Part shown: positions 58,959 through 64,000 of the stretch, piece by piece
How the letters are laid out: every line of letters begins with the position of its first letter
How positions within the stretch are numbered: the first letter of the stretch is position 1
NCBI GenBank assembly: GCA_963663765.2
Contig: CAXXUA010000003.1
Span: forward strand, 160,001 to 224,000
Origin: Candidatus Poribacteria bacterium
Lineage (GTDB): Bacteria > Poribacteria > WGA-4E > WGA-3G
DNA: 64,000 bases
Direction of reading: 5' to 3'
Translations under genes and position numbers: made by a program
The notes under the pieces: generated by a model
The model's input: the letters and a program-made list of their open reading frames with translations, nothing else
Database searches by the model: none
What the model was told of the DNA's origin: nothing

Positions 58959-61454
58959 ATGCAAGACTATCAACCAATCTCTCTCACAGAATTCTGTAAT
59001 GTCAACGCAGACATTATCGGACACAACGCCAATCCAACCTTAGGACCACAAACATTCCACGGACTCCCTTTCCACATCTCCCAAGGTGAAAAATGTTTTT
59101 TGGGATTTGGTGATGGAATCAATACAGAACCCATCCAAATACCAGTGAGTTCTGATCCGAAACGGATTATCGTAGCACATCGACTGCTTGAGTCCCGCAT
59201 CCATGAAGGTGAACCGATTGGAAAATTGATTGCAAACTATGTGGTCCAATATACCGATGGAATGTCAATGCGTGTTCCAATCCGTGAACGTTTTGAGATT
59301 GGAAGCGTGCCACAAGGTTGGGGACAACAGACTTTCATTGCTATACCCGATACAAAGGAAAGTTTGCATGCTCGCCATCAAGGGCCGTGGGGTTCCGCAG
59401 GAAATCGACAGACCGAAGCGATGCAATGTGTGCCACGCAACTACTACCTTTATATATGGAAGAAACCCAATCCTGATAAAGAAATTGCCTATATAGAAAT
59501 ACGACCACAAGAACGGAAGTTTATTGTCGCAGCAATCACGTTAGGATACATTGACGAGGATCCGATTCCGCGTCGTGCTAACCGTGAGGTAAAAATCACA
59601 CTCCCACAAGCAGAAGATGCTGACAAACCTTTTGACATGGAGGTTAACGTTGACCGTGGTACTGCGACCTATCCGTATCCGTTGCCAGAAAACTCAACCG
59701 ATGCGTTTATCAATGACGATTTTAAAGGATGGGGAGAATTCCAAAACAACAAAAGCAGTCCTGCATATACAGAGATATCCGCTACACCATCCGCAACCGT
59801 TGAAGTCAAAAATCAGGGTGAAACACTGGGTTCAGTCAACTGGGGAGAACTTCAAAAAAATGGTTCTGTTCAACCGAATGAACGGGTCAAGGTTGAAGTT
59901 ATTGATTCTGGCAGAAACTGGGTGCATACCACCGTGATTGACGAAGACACGAATAAACCTGTACCGTGCCGTATCCACTTCCGATCACCACACGGTGTGC
60001 CTTATGCACCACACGGACATCACGCACATGTCAACTCAAACATGGGCACATGGCACGTAGACATCGGGGGTGATGTGCGGTTAGGACAGATTAGTTATGC
60101 CTATATTGATGGCACTTGTCAAGGATGGTTACCGCGCGGAGACGTAATTGTTGATGTTGCTCGCGGCTTTGAATATACGCCATTGCGAACCACTGTGAAT
60201 ATAAAACCAGGTCAACGCGAATTGACACTACGAATAAAACGTTGGTGTGACATGAACTCCGAACGCTATTTTAGCGGAGATACCCATGTCCATTTCCTTT
60301 CAACACAAGGTGCACATACCGAAGCACAAGGTGAAGACCTCGGTGTTGTCAATCTACTCCTCTCCCAGTGGGGACATCTCTTTACGAATACAGAGGAGTT
60401 TATCGGAAGACCCACAGTGTCATCCGATGGACGTAGCATTGTCTATGCAACGCAGGAAAATAGACAGCATGTGCTTGGTCATCTCACGTTACTTGGCTTG
60501 AAAGAACAGGTGTCTCCGTGGTGTTCAGATGGACCAGGTGAAGCAGAACTCGGAGGAAACTTGGAAGTCACGCTGTCGCATTGGGCAGATGCGTGCCATG
60601 AACAAGGTGGCACTGTCGTCTTACCTCATATTCCAAATCCGAATTGCGAACCTGCAACCCTCATTGCAACTGGACGCGTTGATGCAGTTGAATATCTTAC
60701 CCACGCCATGTATGGACACATTGAATATTATCGTTATCTCAACTGTGGATATAAGCTGCCACTCGTCGGGGGTACAGACAAAATGACAGCAGATGTTCCT
60801 GTAGGTGTTTATCGCACTTATGTTCACATCCCCGATAACGAAGAATTCAACTATGATAACTGGTGCAAATATATGAGTGCGGGGAATACATTCCTCAGTG
60901 GAGGTCCGATGATTCGTCTCACCGTTGATGGACAACCCATCGGCAGCACGATCAACCTGCCCGGCAATGGCGGTACCGTTGAAGTTGAAGCATCCGCGGA
61001 TTCTATCTTCCCCATACATACCTTGCAGATTGTGCAAGCAGGACAAGTTGTCGCTACCACAGAGGAAAACAGTGGATCACATCAGTTACGTCTCAAAGCG
61101 AATCTGAAAGTGGATAAACATTCATGGATTGCGGCAAGGTGTGGTGGTCCGAACTATGCTCAAGCAGTTCCACATCACGATGGATGGCGGCGCGGTATCA
61201 TTGCACATACATCACCAGTTTACATCGCAGTCGGTGGTGAATGGTGGATGTTCGATCCCGAAACTGCAAACTATATGCTCACCTTGATTGAAGGCGGGTT
61301 GTCCTATATACAACAGTCGGCACGTCACTATGAACCCGGAACGACAACACATCATCACGGTGAAGATGACCATATAGAATATCTCTCTCGTCCATTCCAA
61401 GAGGCGCGAAAGGCAATCCACCAACGAATGCATCAATTGGGTATTCCACATTAA
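58959..61454 (+). CDS. CehA/McbA-type PHP-fold metallohydrolase
   Basis: ARGFEY, FSGDTHVHF, QENRQHVLGH, LNCGYKLPLVGGTD, AHTSPVY. Confidence 0.8.
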   Translation: MQDYQPISLTEFCNVNADIIGHNANPTLGPQTFHGLPFHISQGEKCFLGFGDGINTEPIQIPVSSDPKRIIVAHRLLESRIHEGEPIGKLIANYVVQYTDGMSMRVPIRERFEIGSVPQGWGQQTFIAIPDTKESLHARHQGPWGSAGNRQTEAMQCVPRNYYLYIWKKPNPDKEIAYIEIRPQERKFIVAAITLGYIDEDPIPRRANREVKITLPQAEDADKPFDMEVNVDRGTATYPYPLPENSTDAFINDDFKGWGEFQNNKSSPAYTEISATPSATVEVKNQGETLGSVNWGELQKNGSVQPNERVKVEVIDSGRNWVHTTVIDEDTNKPVPCRIHFRSPHGVPYAPHGHHAHVNSNMGTWHVDIGGDVRLGQISYAYIDGTCQGWLPRGDVIVDVARGFEYTPLRTTVNIKPGQRELTLRIKRWCDMNSERYFSGDTHVHFLSTQGAHTEAQGEDLGVVNLLLSQWGHLFTNTEEFIGRPTVSSDGRSIVYATQENRQHVLGHLTLLGLKEQVSPWCSDGPGEAELGGNLEVTLSHWADACHEQGGTVVLPHIPNPNCEPATLIATGRVDAVEYLTHAMYGHIEYYRYLNCGYKLPLVGGTDKMTADVPVGVYRTYVHIPDNEEFNYDNWCKYMSAGNTFLSGGPMIRLTVDGQPIGSTINLPGNGGTVEVEASADSIFPIHTLQIVQAGQVVATTEENSGSHQLRLKANLKVDKHSWIAARCGGPNYAQAVPHHDGWRRGIIAHTSPVYIAVGGEWWMFDPETANYMLTLIEGGLSYIQQSARHYEPGTTTHHHGEDDHIEYLSRPFQEARKAIHQRMHQLGIPH

Positions 61455-61458
61455 CATA

Positions 61459-62094
61459 ATGAAAATGCATATTGAAAAAGTCACAGCATTCATTACTCAA
61501 GAACGCAATGGTGTAAAGGTGGTGCTTGTATTCAAACATCCAACTGCGGGTGTCCAAATCCCTGCGGGGTCTGTGGAAGTCGGTGAAGATCTTGAGACTG
61601 CAGTCTTACGCGAAACGTATGAAGAAACGGGACTGCAACAGGTAAAGATTGAAAAATACCTCGGTTGTTTTGAAAATGAGTTTGGCAAACAACAGCGAAT
61701 CATCACAAAAACAACTGAAGTCTATATCAAACCCGATATAAATGCAGTGCCTTACAAGAAAAAACTGACAAGAGGACTCACTGTTGATTACCATTCTACC
61801 CAAGAAGACTTCACACACATTTCGTATATTGAATATGTTTATGATGAATGTCACAAACCCATACATATTGACTATAACATTACCGGATGGGTGCCGAATA
61901 AAAGCATAAGTTCTCAGAAAAAGAGACATTTTTTCCACTTATCCACACCAGAGAAAACAGCGGATGCATGGAAATTGAAAAGTGATTTGGGGCATATTTT
62001 CCAACCTTTTTGGACTCCGCTTTCACCGAAACCTGATATTATACCACCACAAGATAGATGGTTGGATTTTGTCTACGAAAAACTGCTTAGATAG
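61459..62094 (+). CDS. NUDIX hydrolase with internal insertion
   Basis: Nudix box GSVEVGEDLETAVLRETYEETGL. Confidence 0.88.
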   Translation: MKMHIEKVTAFITQERNGVKVVLVFKHPTAGVQIPAGSVEVGEDLETAVLRETYEETGLQQVKIEKYLGCFENEFGKQQRIITKTTEVYIKPDINAVPYKKKLTRGLTVDYHSTQEDFTHISYIEYVYDECHKPIHIDYNITGWVPNKSISSQKKRHFFHLSTPEKTADAWKLKSDLGHIFQPFWTPLSPKPDIIPPQDRWLDFVYEKLLR

Positions 62095-62151
62095 TTCGGC
62101 TAAAAAAGTATCAATTGTTATCATAATACGACTACCAAAAAGGAGAAAAAG

Positions 62152-63252
62152 ATGTCAACGTATCGTGCGGGTGTCATCGGTTTAGGACGAATGGGAAGCA
62201 CCTTTGACGACGAAATTACACAGGGAGGTTCACTCTTTCTGCCTTACTGTCATGCGCCAAGTTATGTGTCATCACCCAAAACGGAATTGGTAGCGGGTGC
62301 TGACCTACATGCCGAACAAGCCTCAATCTTTGCAGAACGATGGGGACTCAGTTCGGAACATATTTATAGCGATTATCGTGAAATGCTTGCGAAGGAAAAT
62401 CTTGATTTGGTCAGTATTTGCACAACAGCACGGGTTCGGTCAACTATCGTGCAAGATGTTGCGAGTGCTGGTGTCAAGGGTATTTGGGCAGAAAAACCGA
62501 TTTCACTTAGCCTTGCAGAAGCAGATAAGATGTTGGATGTCTGCAGAGAAAACAATGTTGTCATCGCAATCAATTGTGCAAGACGATGGAATCCCTTCTT
62601 TAGTGAAGCGAAAAAACTAATTGATGAGGAGGAAATCGGAAATGTGCTGCAAGTAACTGTATATGCACAGTGTGGTCTCTCACATAATGGTAGCCATGCT
62701 ATTGATATTTTACGTTACATGGCGGGTGGTAATGTGGAGTGGGTTTTCGGTGAAATGCAATCTGACGCAGCTGCCGAAAGTGAAAACGACCTGATGGGAA
62801 ACGGTTATCTTGTTTTTGATAACGGTGTCCGTGCGTATCTCCGAAGCACGTCATGTGGAGCGGCACCCTGGGAAGTGGATGTTATCGGTACAAAAGGACG
62901 TATTCGTTCAATCAACAATGCCGAAACCTTTGAGTTGATCCGTATGCTTCCGGGTGGCAGACGTGGACGTGGTGTTCCTGCAAAATGTCCGTTCCCGTTA
63001 CCTGTGCGGATGCAAGGTATGGGATTGACCATCCTTGACGACATCATCAACGCTATTGAGAACGGAGGTTCACCTAAATGTTCCGGTGACGATGGACGCG
63101 CAGCGTTAGAGATTGCTATAGCATTGCGAGAATCGCATCGGCGCGGTGGTGTAAAGGTGAACTTACCGATTGAAGACCGGGAACTACGCATCCTTTCATC
63201 AGAGATTCGCGGTGACGAGACACCTGCGCGTGTAAGGCGGATGCGGGGTTGA
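62152..63252 (+). CDS. Gfo/Idh/MocA family oxidoreductase
   Basis: GVIGLGRMG, IWAEKPI, HNGSHAID. Confidence 0.9.
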   Translation: MSTYRAGVIGLGRMGSTFDDEITQGGSLFLPYCHAPSYVSSPKTELVAGADLHAEQASIFAERWGLSSEHIYSDYREMLAKENLDLVSICTTARVRSTIVQDVASAGVKGIWAEKPISLSLAEADKMLDVCRENNVVIAINCARRWNPFFSEAKKLIDEEEIGNVLQVTVYAQCGLSHNGSHAIDILRYMAGGNVEWVFGEMQSDAAAESENDLMGNGYLVFDNGVRAYLRSTSCGAAPWEVDVIGTKGRIRSINNAETFELIRMLPGGRRGRGVPAKCPFPLPVRMQGMGLTILDDIINAIENGGSPKCSGDDGRAALEIAIALRESHRRGGVKVNLPIEDRELRILSSEIRGDETPARVRRMRG

Positions 63253-63376
63253 AATAGTTTATATGTGCATTACACAAAATAAATATTTAATTTGAAAATA
63301 TAATTGGAAATATGGTATATTTACGGTAAGTCTTACTTTTCGTACTAAACTTTAAAGTGTCAAGAATAGAATAGTT

Positions 63377-64000
63377 ATGCGTATACAATTAATTCAACAA
63401 AAGGTTCCAATTGGAAGCCAAGTCACATTTACAATGAAAACTGGCGAGAAAATGTCAGGTTCGTTAACGGAACTTGGTAAAGATTATGTTGCATTAGATG
63501 TCCTAAATGGCCAAGCAATTTTGGATGTTAAAGAGATAGAGGGTATTCATCTAGGCATTTATGTTGATGAATCAGATAGTTCAGTTTCTTCTGTAATTTC
63601 ACTCACAACATCTGAGGATCCTGAAGATATTCCGTTACCAACTGAGGCTAATCCGAAACTTGGTGATAACCAAATTCTGTCAACACCTGATGGAATCGAA
63701 CCAGTCGTTGAACAGGAATCTCCCGATGTTGCTGCTGTATCAACTGAAGTTTTTAATTCTTCAGAGGACTCTTCGATCTCTGTTGAAGAACCTGAAAATT
63801 CAGATTCTATTGGTATACAAACTGACTTTGTTGATCCTGAAGAACAACTTGATGAAATTGAAAAACGGTTTAAGAACGAAATTGAATCTGCTAATATTGA
63901 ATTGCAACCTCCAGATTTTACTTTTCCAGCAGATGAATTGAAAGGTTGGCAAAATACAAGTATTGCTGGCAAATGGTTACAAATCAAGAATACGTTTAAG
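63377..64000 (+). CDS. Hypothetical protein, N-terminal part (Sm/LSm-like beta domain + acidic linker); runs off window
   Basis: Open frame from ATG 63377 to the end: MRIQLIQQKVPIGSQVTFTMKTGEKMSGSLTELGKDYVALD...ILDVKEIEGI, then a Ser/Glu/Pro-rich linker. Confidence 0.7.
   Translation, partial: MRIQLIQQKVPIGSQVTFTMKTGEKMSGSLTELGKDYVALDVLNGQAILDVKEIEGIHLGIYVDESDSSVSSVISLTTSEDPEDIPLPTEANPKLGDNQILSTPDGIEPVVEQESPDVAAVSTEVFNSSEDSSISVEEPENSDSIGIQTDFVDPEEQLDEIEKRFKNEIESANIELQPPDFTFPADELKGWQNTSIAGKWLQIKNTFK

Noticed and set aside
63559-63987. 142-aa minus-strand ORF and 93-aa plus-strand ORF at the window end
   Set aside because: Shadows of the longer open frame starting at 63377

Overview
AT-rich bacterial chromosomal window, very probably Candidatus Poribacteria (inferred from the C-terminal PVEPQRKLATTWGVVK motif, WD40 expansion, four Gfo/Idh/MocA and two PhyH genes). 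Left to right: (1) partial rpe, then a compact type III-A CRISPR effector operon (cas10-csm2-csm3-csm4-csm5) ending in a CARF-RelE (Cami1-like) effector, with no array, cas6 or cas1/2 in the window; its Csm2 is fused to an N-terminal cold-shock RNA-binding domain; (2) a cluster of paralogous small Cys/His-rich membrane-anchored proteins, some decayed and some with Tyr/Asp repeat tails; (3) housekeeping and metabolic genes (rpoD-dnaG-mutS2, tRNA-Gly, peroxiredoxin, coaD, TonB receptor, oxidoreductases); (4) a 15.5 kb array of one WD40 gene plus seven translationally coupled, mosaic TM-WD40 paralogues whose second domain looks like a zinc protease that has lost its HExxH motif; (5) an mntA antitoxin whose hepT toxin is disrupted by a MITE, and a DUF4011-helicase-Vsr-DUF3320 (Hhe-like) defence gene. 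Intergenic DNA is full of small non-autonomous elements: several different TIR shells wrapped round REP-like hairpins, including a 4 x 130 bp element/TSD array and an element with 19-20 bp target duplications. All family assignments come from motif recognition by eye, not database searches.
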